DNA of 63,966 bases, filler included, from Vicugna vicugna (lineage: Eukaryota): the NCBI GenBank assembly GCA_013265495.1. It is 81 parts of 81 records of this genome, joined end to end, with 100 filler letters (N's around TTAATTAATTAA, not from the genome) between each part and the next. Parts side by side here need not be neighbours in the genome. Positions count along the whole stretch, not along the records: positions 50,427 to 50,856 come from PNXW01009662.1; positions 50,957 to 51,774 come from MU059499.1; positions 51,875 to 52,481 come from PNXW01009665.1; positions 52,582 to 53,533 come from PNXW01009666.1; positions 53,634 to 54,596 come from PNXW01009670.1; positions 54,697 to 55,709 come from MU059501.1; positions 55,810 to 56,258 come from PNXW01009690.1; positions 56,359 to 57,085 come from PNXW01009691.1; 73 more parts are not named here. One strand, given 5' to 3'. Positions 50,327-61,562 of this stretch are shown here, in pieces. Both the position numbers and the translations under genes were made by a program. The notes below the pieces were generated by a model. It had not been told where the DNA came from, made no database searches, and saw nothing but the letters and a program-made list of their open reading frames with translations. Numbering within the stretch: the stretch's first letter is position 1; each line of letters opens with the position of its first letter.

Positions 50327-51039
50327 NNNNNNNNNNNNNNNNNNNNNNNNNNNNNNNNNNNNNNNNNNNNTTAATTAATTAANNNNNNNNNNNNNNNNNN
50401 NNNNNNNNNNNNNNNNNNNNNNNNNNAGAAGACACAAACCCAGCATTTGCTGAATCTAGTGGAAGGCCATCTTTTCTTTGTTTGAGATAATTATTCGTAT
50501 ACTATCTATTTCTGTCAAGACTTTTAGACCTTTAAGGAGTTCAGTGTTGTTGACAGAGTGTAAAGCTGGAGGAACTCTGATTCGAGGAGGGTCTTGCCCT
50601 TCTCGTACTGGCTTCATTGCAGCTCAGGTACTGATCCTTCCAAATGGATGGTTGAGTGGATTGGAGGGAAGAGCAAGTGCTTGTTATCTAGCCCAAACCT
50701 GGGAAAAGGCTTACCTGGGCTTGGTGCACTTTGGTCTGATTGCTTGGAAATGCCCCTTGGGACGTGTGGATTCTCACGACCTCATCCAAGATCATGAGCT
50801 TTTTGATCAAATCTGCCATCTCTTCTCTTTTAGATGTCAGGGATCTTGGACCCGTTNNNNNNNNNNNNNNNNNNNNNNNNNNNNNNNNNNNNNNNNNNNN
50901 TTAATTAATTAANNNNNNNNNNNNNNNNNNNNNNNNNNNNNNNNNNNNNNNNNNNNTCGATGCTCAGGTGACCCGATGTAGACTGCGGTGCTAAACCTGA
51001 GTATGTTTAGTGATTCTGGTGGCTATGGAAATACAGACT

Positions 51040-51155
51040 ACCGGTCGCTACCTCTGGAGACTCTGAGGGTGTGCACCCCAGAATACTGCATTTTAAGAAG
51101 CAATTTAACTAATTCTGATGAAGAGATCTGAGTGTCCCACTGAGAAACACTGGTG
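51040..51155. mobile_element. MER5-like relic
   Basis: ACTCTGAGGGTG..CCCAGAA..CTGCATTTTAA.AAG...ATTCTGATG...TGAGAAACACTG. Confidence 0.55.
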
Positions 51156-51884
51156 TGCGGGGCACCAATATTGAGGATTCTCAGGGAACGATGTCTTTTC
51201 AGGATGGTCCAAGGGCCCTCACTTGAGACTTTTGCCTTGGGTTTAATTGTATGTGTTCAGAAGAGATGTCTTTCACTTCCAGTGCTTGTCAGCATGCTCT
51301 GTGCAGGGATTTGCTCTCAGTAGATGGCAAAAACTATGACTCTTCAGGTCACCGATCTACAGTGTGAACGATATTTTATTTTGGTTTTCTTTATNNNNNN
51401 NNNNNNNNNNNNNNNNNNNNNNNNNNNNNNNNNNNNNNNNNNNNNNNNNNNNNNNNNNNNNNNNNNNNNNNNNNNNNNNNNNNNNNNNNNNNNNNNNNNN
51501 NNNNNNNNNNNNNNNNNNNNNNNNNNNNNNNNNNNNNNNNNNNNNNNNNNNNNNNNNNNNNNNNNNNNNNNNNNNNNNNNNNNNNNNNNNNNNNNNNNNN
51601 NNNNNNNNNNNNNNNNNNNNNNNNNNNNNNNNNNNNNNNNNNNNNNNNNNNNNNNNNNNNNNNNNNNNNNNNNNNCTTTGTGGAAATGATCTCCTGATTT
51701 TGTAACTACCGATTGTTCTAAAAAATAAGCCACACAAAGACTTGAATTGAGAAACGTGCTTTGTCAGGTATCTTNNNNNNNNNNNNNNNNNNNNNNNNNN
51801 NNNNNNNNNNNNNNNNNNTTAATTAATTAANNNNNNNNNNNNNNNNNNNNNNNNNNNNNNNNNNNNNNNNNNNNTTAAAGACTG

Positions 51885-52409
51885 CAAATGAGATATCAAC
51901 ACAATGACAAAACTGGAGTTTTCAGACAATCCGTCCCACCACGGCTGTATAGAAACAAAGAGATAAAAAAAAATCACATTTCTGTGAAATGTATCTGGAA
52001 AGTGTTGATTCATCGATGCCCAGTTGACAGAGAAGCAGTGTAATCTGCGCTCACTCACTCCCATGAACACAGCAATGGAAATATCCACTCACCCAGCCCT
52101 TGGCACAGGACACTTGCCGAAGAGAGGTCTGTTACTTCCAAAGACAGGACGAGGCCTCAGAACACCTAGAAGCAGGAGAAGGAAAGCAGGGAATGGATAC
52201 CAGTGCATGGTCTGAGCCCAGTTGATGGAGCAGTAAAGGTGAAACTCTCTTTAACTTGGACGCACACTCTCAAGCGGACGGGAGACATGAGATTGAAGGT
52301 GATGCGCTGATAGAGTGCACAGCAGATGAATGGCTGACAGAACTCAAAGAATCCAGTGCAAAATATCCCCACAGTTGATTCTGAGACCAAGATCCGAGCT
52401 GCCAAATTT
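51885..52409 (+). repeat. Dispersed/duplicated ~525-bp segment, copy 1
   Basis: Colinear with 54726-55254, including identical blocks such as CCCAGCCCTTGGCACAGGACACTTGCCGAAGAGAGGTCTGTTACTTCCAAAGACAGGA. Confidence 0.9.
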
Positions 52410-52581
52410 GAGGTAGCAGAGGTAGCATTCAGAAATGGATAGGGCTACGGATGTTGGCACACGCTGAGTCTCAGGGATCTGNNNNNNNNNNNNNNNNNNN
52501 NNNNNNNNNNNNNNNNNNNNNNNNNTTAATTAATTAANNNNNNNNNNNNNNNNNNNNNNNNNNNNNNNNNNNNNNNNNNNN

Positions 52582-53533
52582 CAAAGGCAGTAGAATGAGA
52601 AATCTTTAATGCTTATGTTGAAAAAAGATAAAATATTAGGTGAAAAATAAATTACAAATCATAAAATCAACCCATATAATTTTTTTAAAAAATATTAAAA
52701 AACAGGTAAGTATTTAGCCAGGCTTATCAAGAAACACAGAGTGTGGACCCAAACAATATAAGAAATGAAAGAGTAGAAATAATATCTGATATTTCAGAAA
52801 TACAAAAAAAGATTATGAAAGCACTACGAGCTGTTACTTGACAACAAACTGGACGACCTAAAAGAAATGGACAATTTTCTAGAAACTTACATCCCGCCAA
52901 CACTGAATAAAGAGAAAACAGAGAACATGAAAAGAGCAATCTGTATAAGTTAAATAAAATGTATAATTTTATAAACACCATTTGAACAAAATGCCTGGAT
53001 GCCTTCACTAATAATTTTTCCCCCCAAATATTTTAAAAAATGAAGGAGGAAGGAAAATTCCCAAAGTTCTTCCATGAGGCCACCATTACCCTGATAACAA
53101 AATCAGTCAAAGACACTACCAAAAGAAAAATGAAAATGAAAATGCAATATCCTTGATGAATGATGATATAAATACAAATATCCTAGAAAAACATCAACAA
53201 ATGAATCCAAGCAATACTTAAAAAGGTTTATACATGATGATCAGTTGGATTCCTTCCAGAGTCTCAAGGATGGTTTAAAATACACAAGTTAATCAGCATG
53301 ACACTTATCTAATATAGGAGGGACAAAATTCACAAGACCATGTCAATACACATAGTATAATCATTTGACAAAATTCAACATACATTCATCTTCAGAATTC
53401 TCATGAAAGTAGTAAAATGTGATCACATCTCAACATACTAAAGGCCATTTATGACAATTTATAATACTCAGGGGAAAGGGTGAAAGACTTCTGGGTGAAT
53501 ATGGGAACAAGACAAGGATTCCTACTCTCACCA
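52582..53533 (+). mobile_element. LINE-1 ORF2 fragment, degenerate
   Basis: GAAATGGACAATTTCTAGAAAC, GAGGCCACCATTACCCTGATA, CATTTGACAAAATTCAACA, GGAACAAGACAAGGAT. Confidence 0.92.
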
Positions 53534-53639
53534 NNNNNNNNNNNNNNNNNNNNNNNNNNNNNNNNNNNNNNNNNNNNTTAATTAATTAANNNNNNNNNNN
53601 NNNNNNNNNNNNNNNNNNNNNNNNNNNNNNNNNTCCACA

Positions 53640-53965
53640 TTTCTTTCTCATGGAAACCTAGATGAAGTTTTCTCAACATTGGCAATCCCGACTCCATTTT
53701 AAGGGAGGAACCAGAAGAGAAAGATTCAAGTCCTTAAAGGAGCATTTGAAGAGACCGTCCTTCTGTGGGCAACCTGATTACCAGACCCCTTCCTCCTTTT
53801 TGTATAAAGGCAAGGGGCTGTCTTGGGGTGTTGACCAAAACCACAGGGGCCTCCGCAGACCTCTAGGGTTTTAGAGCCGTGAGCCGGATGCTGTGGCACA
53901 GGGAGACTCCCACTGCCTCGGGGTCCTCACGGCCTCTGACCCTTTGTTGAAGTCCACGCATCACA
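53640..53965 (+). mobile_element. ERV1 (gamma-like) pol remnant, RT thumb/connection region
   Basis: Frameshifted translation FKSLKEHL..P....PDY..PF.LFV....A.GVLTQ.H...RPLGF.S...DAVAQG..HCL. Confidence 0.75.
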
Positions 53966-54194
53966 GTCAACATGTCTCAGTCAGCTGCCTCCCCTCCTAA
54001 GATGCCCTTTTGTTCCCTGGTCCTCACAGAGCTGTGCTATGTTGTCTCAACGTCAGCACATCTACGCTTCTCCCCTCCGTCAGCAATGAAGTCCCTCGTG
54101 GCTGCGTCACACCGAGTGACCACCTCCTGACAAGCCTTTTCACAGTGACTCTTAGGCTGGGGGACTGAAGCTTCCACCTTGTAAGCTGGGAACT

Positions 54195-54430
54195 TCATGT
54201 CTGAGCCCAACAGGAAGAAGCAAGACCTCCTCTTCTTTCCTGGTAAGGACTCAGCCAATGAAAATCCATGAACTCCTGTTCACAGGAGCCCTCTCACCTC
54301 CCATTTCATTCTGTAAAAGACTCATGTCTCTGTTTTCACTGGGGACTTGCATGTGGCTCACCAGAACGGCAAACCCCAAACCGTAATCTTTTTTGGTCCC
54401 AAATAAACCCAATTTGGTATTGAGATAATG
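54195..54430 (+). mobile_element. ERV1 LTR (U3-R part)
   Basis: CAGCCAATG CCAAT box (~54255), TATA-like CTGTAAAA (~54311), AATAAA (~54402). Confidence 0.65.
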
Positions 54431-54725
54431 GGCAGTGTGTTTTACATGATAAAACTTTACTTCCCATAACACTTTTTATTTTTCTTTATTTACTTTTATT
54501 TTCTGTTATTTTCTGAGCAGGTCACTAGGATGCACATGTTATCATAAATTGACAGACTTTCCTATCAGCAACCCTGTGTAGGGGACAGCAGGGGGCNNNN
54601 NNNNNNNNNNNNNNNNNNNNNNNNNNNNNNNNNNNNNNNNTTAATTAATTAANNNNNNNNNNNNNNNNNNNNNNNNNNNNNNNNNNNNNNNNNNNNATCA
54701 ATTCTATCAAACATTTCAAAGTTTT

Positions 54726-55254
54726 CAAATGAGATATCAACACAATGTCAAAATCGGAGTCTTCAGACAATCCCTCCCACCACGGCTGTATAGAAACCAA
54801 GAGCTAAACAAAAATCACATTTCGCTGAAATGTATCTGGAAAGTGTTGATTCATCGATGCCCAGTTGGCAGAGAAGCAGTGCAAAGCTCACTCGCTCCCA
54901 TGTACACAGCAATGGAAACATACACACACCCAGCCCTTGGCACAGGACACTTGCCGAAGAGAGGTCTGTTACTTCCAAAGACAGGATGAGGCCTCAGAAC
55001 ACCTGGAAGCAGGAGAAGGCTAATCAGGGAATGGAAGCCAGTGCAGGATCTGACCCCTGGTGATGGAGAAGCAAATGTGAAACTCTGTTTAACTTGGATG
55101 CACACTCTCAAGCAGACAGGAGACATGGGATTGAAGGTGTTGCGCTGAGTGTTAGAAGAGTGCACAGCAGATGCTTGGCTGACAGAACTCAAAGAAACCA
55201 GCGCAAAATATCCCCACATTTGATTCTGAGACCAAGATCCGAGCTGCCAAATTT
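54726..55254 (+). repeat. Dispersed/duplicated ~525-bp segment, copy 2
   Basis: Colinear with 51885-52409. Confidence 0.9.
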
Positions 55255-55814
55255 NNNNNNNNNNNNNNNNNNNNNNNNNNNNNNNNNNNNNNNNNNNNNN
55301 NNNNNNNNNNNNNNNNNNNNNNNNNNNNNNNNNNNNNNNNNNNNNNNNNNNNNNNNNNNNNNNNNNNNNNNNNNNNNNNNNNNNNNNNNNNNNNNNNNNN
55401 NNNNNNNNNNNNNNNNNNNNNNNNNNNNNNNNNNNNNNNNNNNNNNNNNNNNNNNNNNNNNNNNNNNNNNNNNNNNNNNNNNNNNNNNNNNNNNNNNNNN
55501 NNNNNNNNNNNNNNNNNNNNNNNNNNNNNNNNNNNNNNNNNNNNNNNNNNNNNNNNNNNNNNNNNNNNNNNNNNNNNNNNNNNNNNNNNNNNNNNNNNNN
55601 NNNNNNNNNNNGGGCTGGGATATTGTTTTGAGGCACAGGATGCGCAACATCTCTGTGGTTGCTACGTGCACCCGTGTCACAAGGATGAGAGGACAAAGAA
55701 GAGTGGTCCNNNNNNNNNNNNNNNNNNNNNNNNNNNNNNNNNNNNNNNNNNNNTTAATTAATTAANNNNNNNNNNNNNNNNNNNNNNNNNNNNNNNNNNN
55801 NNNNNNNNNTAGGA

Positions 55815-55925
55815 GCTACAGCTCCAGAATCCCACAGACCTGTGCTTGAATCCTACCTCTGCCGTTCCAGCTGTGTGACCCTGGGCAAGTCACCTTACCT
55901 CTCTGAGCCCCACAAATGAAAAAAG
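55815..55925 (+). mobile_element. MIR fragment
   Basis: TTGAATCCTACCTCTGCC..AGCTGTGTGACCCTGGGCAAGTCACC.TACCTCTCTGAGCC. Confidence 0.8.
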
Positions 55926-56104
55926 ACCACATAAGTAAAGTGCTGACCACACAGCCCAGCACAGAGCAAGCAGCCAGTGTAGAGCGGTGTCACTAGTGAT
56001 CTTGTTAATTAATTTGTTAATTGACATAAATGATTGGAGCAACCGCAAGTGACTCAATCTAACCGGCCCCTTGCTGTTGAACTCGTTTCATGACATGACT
56101 CCAG

Positions 56105-56225
56105 AGTCCGTGTGGATGCCCATGGAACCATGATTATTCAGGGAGTGGCCCCGGAGGATGCTGGGAATTACAGCTGCAAGGCTGCTAATGAGGTTATGTG
56201 GAGATGGTCACCCTCTACTCTACAT
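56105..56225 (+). pseudogene. HMCN2: Hemicentin-2 Ig-domain exon with an apparent 7-nt frameshifting deletion
   Basis: [30 protein letters not shown], then in a shifted frame VEMVTLYST; recalled HMCN2 is [42 protein letters not shown]. Flanked by CCAG and GTATGC. Confidence 0.8.
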
Positions 56226-56358
56226 GTATGCGGGCGAGGGCATCTGCAGGAGAGGCATNNNNNNNNNNNNNNNNNNNNNNNNNNNNNNNNNNNNNNNNNN
56301 NNTTAATTAATTAANNNNNNNNNNNNNNNNNNNNNNNNNNNNNNNNNNNNNNNNNNNN

Positions 56359-57085
56359 GGCAGAAGCCCTAAACAAGCAATTCTCCAATAGAGACACACA
56401 AATACCACAAAGATATATTAAAAAAAAATTGCTCACTATCATTATCAGAGAAGGGCAATTCAAAACTATAATGAAGTATCACTTCACAATAGTCACAATG
56501 GCCATCATTAAAAAGTCCACAAACAATAAGTGCTCGGGATACTGTGGAGAAAGGGAACCCACTGACACTGTTGGAAGGAATGTTGTTTAGTGCAGTCATT
56601 GTGGAAACCAGGATGGGGATTCCTCAAAAGAATAAAAATAGACTTAACATACAATCCAGCAATCCCACTTCTTGGTATATATCAAAGGGAACCCTAATTA
56701 AAAAAGACACCTGCACCCCAATGTTCTTTGCAGTGCTATATACAACAGCCACGACATGGAAGCAACCTAATTGTCCAACAACAGATGACAGAATTCAGAA
56801 GTTATGCCGTATTTACACAATGGAATAATATTCTGCCATAAAAATTGATAAAACAATGACATTTGCAGCAAAATGGATGTCCCCAAAAAGTGTCATTCTA
56901 AATGAAGTCAGCCAGAAAGAGAAAGAAAATATGTAGAACCTTAAAAAAAAATTTGGATGAGAACACTATGATTTCATCAACAAAACTAAAGCACACTCGC
57001 AGAACTACAGTAATATGATTATGTGGAAAGTGGATGCAAAAGGATATATCTGAGAGCTGTACTTTTATAAAAGTTATCCACTATA
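56359..57085 (+). mobile_element. LINE-1 ORF2 C-terminus and 3'UTR
   Basis: Translates to EKGNPLTLL...IKKDTCTPMFFAVLYTTATTWKQPNCPTTDD.I.KL..IYTME. Confidence 0.93.
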
Positions 57086-57185
57086 NNNNNNNNNNNNNNN
57101 NNNNNNNNNNNNNNNNNNNNNNNNNNNNNTTAATTAATTAANNNNNNNNNNNNNNNNNNNNNNNNNNNNNNNNNNNNNNNNNNNN

Positions 57186-57957
57186 GGAGTGCGGGAGAAA
57201 TTGGAGGTTGGGCTGTAAAACGAAGTATTATCGAGTGCCTATCCACCGGATGTGGAGGTGTTTAACCTACATCCTCCAACCTAGGAATACCTGTGCCCCA
57301 GGAAAAATGCGTGGACTCTGTTTCCACACCACCAGCACACGTGCGAAGAATTGTTCTCGTTTCCTGAGTGTGGGGAGGCTCCAACACAAGCACCAGGGAT
57401 CTAATAGTATTCATTAGCTTTTCTTCCTTGTATGTACTCCTAGGCCGGGCTTTGAGCTAATGTGGGGGTTGGGCTCTTAATCCAAGTAATAGCCATTGCC
57501 TCTCTATGGGCAGTGAAGCTGTTTAAACTACATCATCAACCTGTGAATAACTGTGCCCACATAAAGATGCATGGAATCTGTTTCCCCACTTCCAACACAC
57601 ACACGAAGACATTTTCAGGTATCCTGAGTGTGGGCCGGCACTTTCAAGTGACAGCAGCGCCTGGGTTCTAATATAATCCCTTAGCTTGTAATCCCTGAGT
57701 GTTTCCCTAGGCCTGGCTCTGAAGGAAAGCTGGGGGTTGGGCTTTGAGGCCAAATAGTAGCGAGTGCCCCCCGATGATCTGAGCTAGTATTTAGATGAAT
57801 TCTCCTTAAAGGGGAACAACTGTGCCCACATCCATCTACGTGGTGTGGGGATACACAAATCCCCACCACAAGTCTGTTTTCCGGAATACTGAGAGTGGGA
57901 AAATTCCTCCTTCTTACAGCAGTGCCATTGTTCTAGTAGAATCCTTAAGCTTCTCTT
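57186..57957 (+). repeat. Satellite B, about three diverged monomers
   Basis: CTGAG.GTGGG landmark at ~57364, 57624 and 57889. Confidence 0.9.
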
Positions 57958-58057
57958 NNNNNNNNNNNNNNNNNNNNNNNNNNNNNNNNNNNNNNNNNNN
58001 NTTAATTAATTAANNNNNNNNNNNNNNNNNNNNNNNNNNNNNNNNNNNNNNNNNNNN

Positions 58058-59223
58058 TACTGTAAATTGTCTGTTCTGCATTCCATGTTCTAAATTTTGG
58101 GTGTTGTATTCTGTTTCTCATATTCTACATTTTGGGTTCTACATTCTATATTCTTTCTTCAATATTCTACATTCTGTATCCTATATTCTATATTCTGAGT
58201 TCTACATTCTATATTCTAATTTCGATACTCAGTATTCTGTATTGTATATTNNNNNNNNNNNNNNNNNNNNNNNNNNNNNNNNNNNNNNNNNNNNNNNNNN
58301 NNNNNNNNNNNNNNNNNNNNNNNNNNNNNNNNNNNNNNNNNNNNNNNNNNNNNNNNNNNNNNNNNNNNNNNNNNNNNNNNNNNNNNNNNNNNNNNNNNNN
58401 NNNNNNNNNNNNNNNNNNNNNNNNNNNNNNNNNNNNNNNNNNNNNNNNNNNNNNNNNNNNNNNNNNNNNNNNNNNNNNNNNNNNNNNNNNNNNNNNNNNN
58501 NNNNNNNNNNNNNNNNNNNNNNNNNNNNNNNNNNNNNNNNNNNNNNNNNNNNNNNNNNNNNNNNNNNNNNNNNNNNNNNNNNNNNNNNNNNNNNNNNNNN
58601 NNNNNNNNNNNNNNNNNNNNNNNNNNNNNNNNNNNNNNNNNNNNNNNNNNNNNNNNNNNNNNNNNNNNNNNNNNNNNNNNNNNNNNNNNNNNNNNNNNNN
58701 NNNNNNNNNNNNNNNNNNNNNNNNNNNNNNNNNNNNNNNNNNNNNNNNNNNNNNNNNNNNNNNNNNNNNNNNNNNNNNNNNNNNNNNNNNNNNNNNNNNN
58801 NNNNNNNNNNNNNNNNNNNNNNNNNNNNNNNNNNNNNNNNNNNNNNNNNNNNNNNNNNNNNNNNNNNNNNNNNNNNNNNNNNNNNNNNNNNNNNNNNNNN
58901 NNNNNNNNNNTCTATATTCTTTATTCTGTTTTCTACATTCTATATTCGAAATTCTATATTCAGTATTTTGTTTTCTATATTCTAAATTCTGTGTTCTGCA
59001 TTCCATGTTCTATATTGTCGGTTCTGTATTCTGTTTTCCATTTTCTACATACTGTGTTCTACATTCTATATTCTGTATTCTATATTTTGCATTCCGTTTT
59101 CTACATTCTATATTCTGTGTCCTATATTCTATTATCTAAATTCTATATGCAGTATTCCGTATTCTATATTCTATACATTGTGTTCTACATTCTATATTCT
59201 AAATTCTATATTCAGTAATCCGT
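58058..59223 (+). repeat. Satellite A, with gap
   Basis: 7-bp periodicity. Confidence 0.93.
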
Positions 59224-59660
59224 NNNNNNNNNNNNNNNNNNNNNNNNNNNNNNNNNNNNNNNNNNNNTTAATTAATTAANNNNNNNNNNNNNNNNNNNNN
59301 NNNNNNNNNNNNNNNNNNNNNNNCAATGAAAGCGGCGGTGGAAGCTGCTGAGCAGAAAGACGTAAGCAAGCTAACTAGCTGGCGGCAGCGAGAGGGGATG
59401 TAACCTTTTCGGCTCAAGGCTGCGAGGTGCGTAACCCCGAGCGGACCCAATGCCAGCGTTGCCACAGGTGATTTGATTTCCTGTGACAGTAGCTTAGTCA
59501 GCCAGGCGTGTTTCGTAACATTTTTACTTTAAAGTCCTTTTGGACTAGGTGCCATCTGGAGCAGGGGCAAGACCCCTAGTAAAAGTCGTACTGTTGATAG
59601 ACTGACGACCAAAATTTTAAGTGTCTCCTCCCGTAACCTCCTCTCCGCTCTGCGAGGCAG

Positions 59661-59846
59661 ATGGGAGCCATGGCTTACCCCTTACTCTTCTGCTTCCTGC
59701 TCGTTCATCTGATCTGGGATTGTGTTGGCGCTAGCCGCGACCCTCCGGGTCGGCCGGATTCCCCTCGAGAGAGCACCCTGAGGGCGAAGCAGCACTCCCA
59801 GCAGTGGGCTCGAGCCTCTGCCTCGGACGCCTCAGCTCCCTGGAGC
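59661..59846 (+). CDS. GPR158: GPR158 N-terminus (signal peptide and start of ectodomain), truncated by scaffold end; possibly a diverged duplicate
   Basis: MGAMAYPLLFCFLLVHLIWDCVGASRDPPGRPDSPRESTLRAKQHSQQWARASASDASAPWS versus recalled human MGAMAYPLLLCLLLAQLGLGAVGASRDPQGRPDSPRERTPKGKPHAQQPGRASASDSSAPWS. 59324-59660 would be 5'UTR. Confidence 0.88.
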
Positions 59847-59946
59847 NNNNNNNNNNNNNNNNNNNNNNNNNNNNNNNNNNNNNNNNNNNNTTAATTAATT
59901 AANNNNNNNNNNNNNNNNNNNNNNNNNNNNNNNNNNNNNNNNNNNN

Positions 59947-60210
59947 GGTAGAAAGGGGTAAATTGGGAGTTTGAGATTTGCAAATACTATCCAGTATTAT
60001 ACAAAATAGATAAACAACAAGTTTATACCATATAGTATAGGGAACTATATTCAATATCTTGTAGTAACTTAAGATTAAAAAGAATATGAAAAGGAATATA
60101 TGTATGTTCCTGTATGACTGAAGGATTGTGTTGTACACCAGAAATTGACACAACATTGCAAACTGACTATACTTCAATAAACGTATATTAAAAACATATA
60201 TTTATAATAA
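59947..60210 (+). mobile_element. Young camelid-type LINE-1 3' end inserted next to an older L1
   Basis: GGGAACTATATTCAATATCTTGTAGTAAC...GTATGACTGAA..ATTGTG.TGTACACCAGAAATTGACACAACATTG.AAACTGACTATACTTCAATAAA. Confidence 0.88.
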
Positions 60211-61059
60211 AAAACCTTCAGAAAGTGGGTATAAGAGGGATCATACTTCATCAAAATAAAGGCCATATATGATAAACCCACAGTTCACATCCTACTGAAC
60301 AGTGAAAAGCTAAAAGCATCTCCTCTTGGATCAGGAACAAGAGAAGAATGCCCAATCTTATCCTTTTTATCCAACATAATGTTGGAAGTCCTACCCACAC
60401 TGATCACAAAAAGAAATATAAGAAATCCAAATTAGAAAGAAAGAAGTAAAACTCACNNNNNNNNNNNNNNNNNNNNNNNNNNNNNNNNNNNNNNNNNNNN
60501 NNNNNNNNNNNNNNNNNNNNNNNNNNNNNNNNNNNNNNNNNNNNNNNNNNNNNNNNNNNNNNNNNNNNNNNNNNNNNNNNNNNNNNNNNNNNNNNNNNNN
60601 NNNNNNNNNNNNNNNNNNNNNNNNNNNNNNNNNNNNNNNNNNNNNNNNNNNNNNNNNNNNNNNNNNNNNNNNNNNNNNNNNNNNNNNNNNNNNNNNNNNN
60701 NNNNNNNNNNNNNNNNNNNNNNNNNNNNNNNNNNNNNNNNNNNNNNNNNNNNNNNNNNNNNNNNNNNNNNNNNNNNNNNNNNNNNNNNNNNNNNNNNNNN
60801 NNNNNNNNNNNNNNNNNNNNNNNNNNNNNNNNNNNNNNNNNNNNNNNNNNNNNNNNNNNNNNNNNNNNNNNNNNNNNNNNNNNNNNNNNNNNNNNNNNNN
60901 NNNNNNNNNNNNNNNNNNNNNNNNNNNNNNNNNNNNNNNNNNNNNNNNNNNNNNNTGAAAATGACCAACTCAAGGCAGTCTACACATGCAATGCAATCCC
61001 TATGAAAATACCAGCGGCATTTGTCACAGAGGCAGAAGAGATAATTCTGAAGTTTGTAT
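60211..61059 (+). mobile_element. LINE-1 ORF2 fragment, with gap
   Basis: ATAAAGGCCATATATGATAAACCCACAG, TCAGGAACAAGA, TGCAATCCCTATGAAAATACCA. Confidence 0.9.
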
Positions 61060-61159
61060 NNNNNNNNNNNNNNNNNNNNNNNNNNNNNNNNNNNNNNNNN
61101 NNNTTAATTAATTAANNNNNNNNNNNNNNNNNNNNNNNNNNNNNNNNNNNNNNNNNNNN

Positions 61160-61188
<29 letters not shown>
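61160..61188 (+). repeat. (TA)n microsatellite
   Basis: Direct reading. Confidence 0.9.
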
Positions 61189-61190
<2 letters not shown>

Positions 61191-61562
61191 TTTCTTTTAA
61201 AGCATTCCAAGAACTCCTACACCTGGTGTTCCACTGAATGCTGTTTGCAAAATGCTCGTATAGAACAATTCTCTTAATGTTAAAGACAGGTGGACTGAGG
61301 CCAGAGAGCAGAGCAAGCTGGCACGAGAGCCAAGCTTCTTCCATGCCCCTCTCTGTCAAAGGGCACACAGCAGTCTTTGCACATTCCCCGCATCCTGGGT
61401 CCCGGCCCCGTGGGAGGCAGGCATGCCAGGCAGCATTGTCTGCGTGTTCCAGATGAGCACACAGACACCTGCAAAGTTAACCTAGCAAAGCGACAGAGCT
61501 GGGTCTCCAACCTGGGCCTTCCTGCTCTGATCATCTCCACCTCCTTCTCTGTTTCTGGCCAG

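Noticed and set aside
13207..50374. Recurrent peptides ELERQLHAALFSHRCSLFGEVRE and EPPHAQDS in many ORFs
   Set aside because: Translations of satellite E; frames are not conserved between copies.
9379..59218. Hydrophobic F/Y/I/L/S/C-rich ORFs resembling membrane proteins
   Set aside because: They are translations of the T-rich strand of the 7-mer satellite, which has few stop codons.
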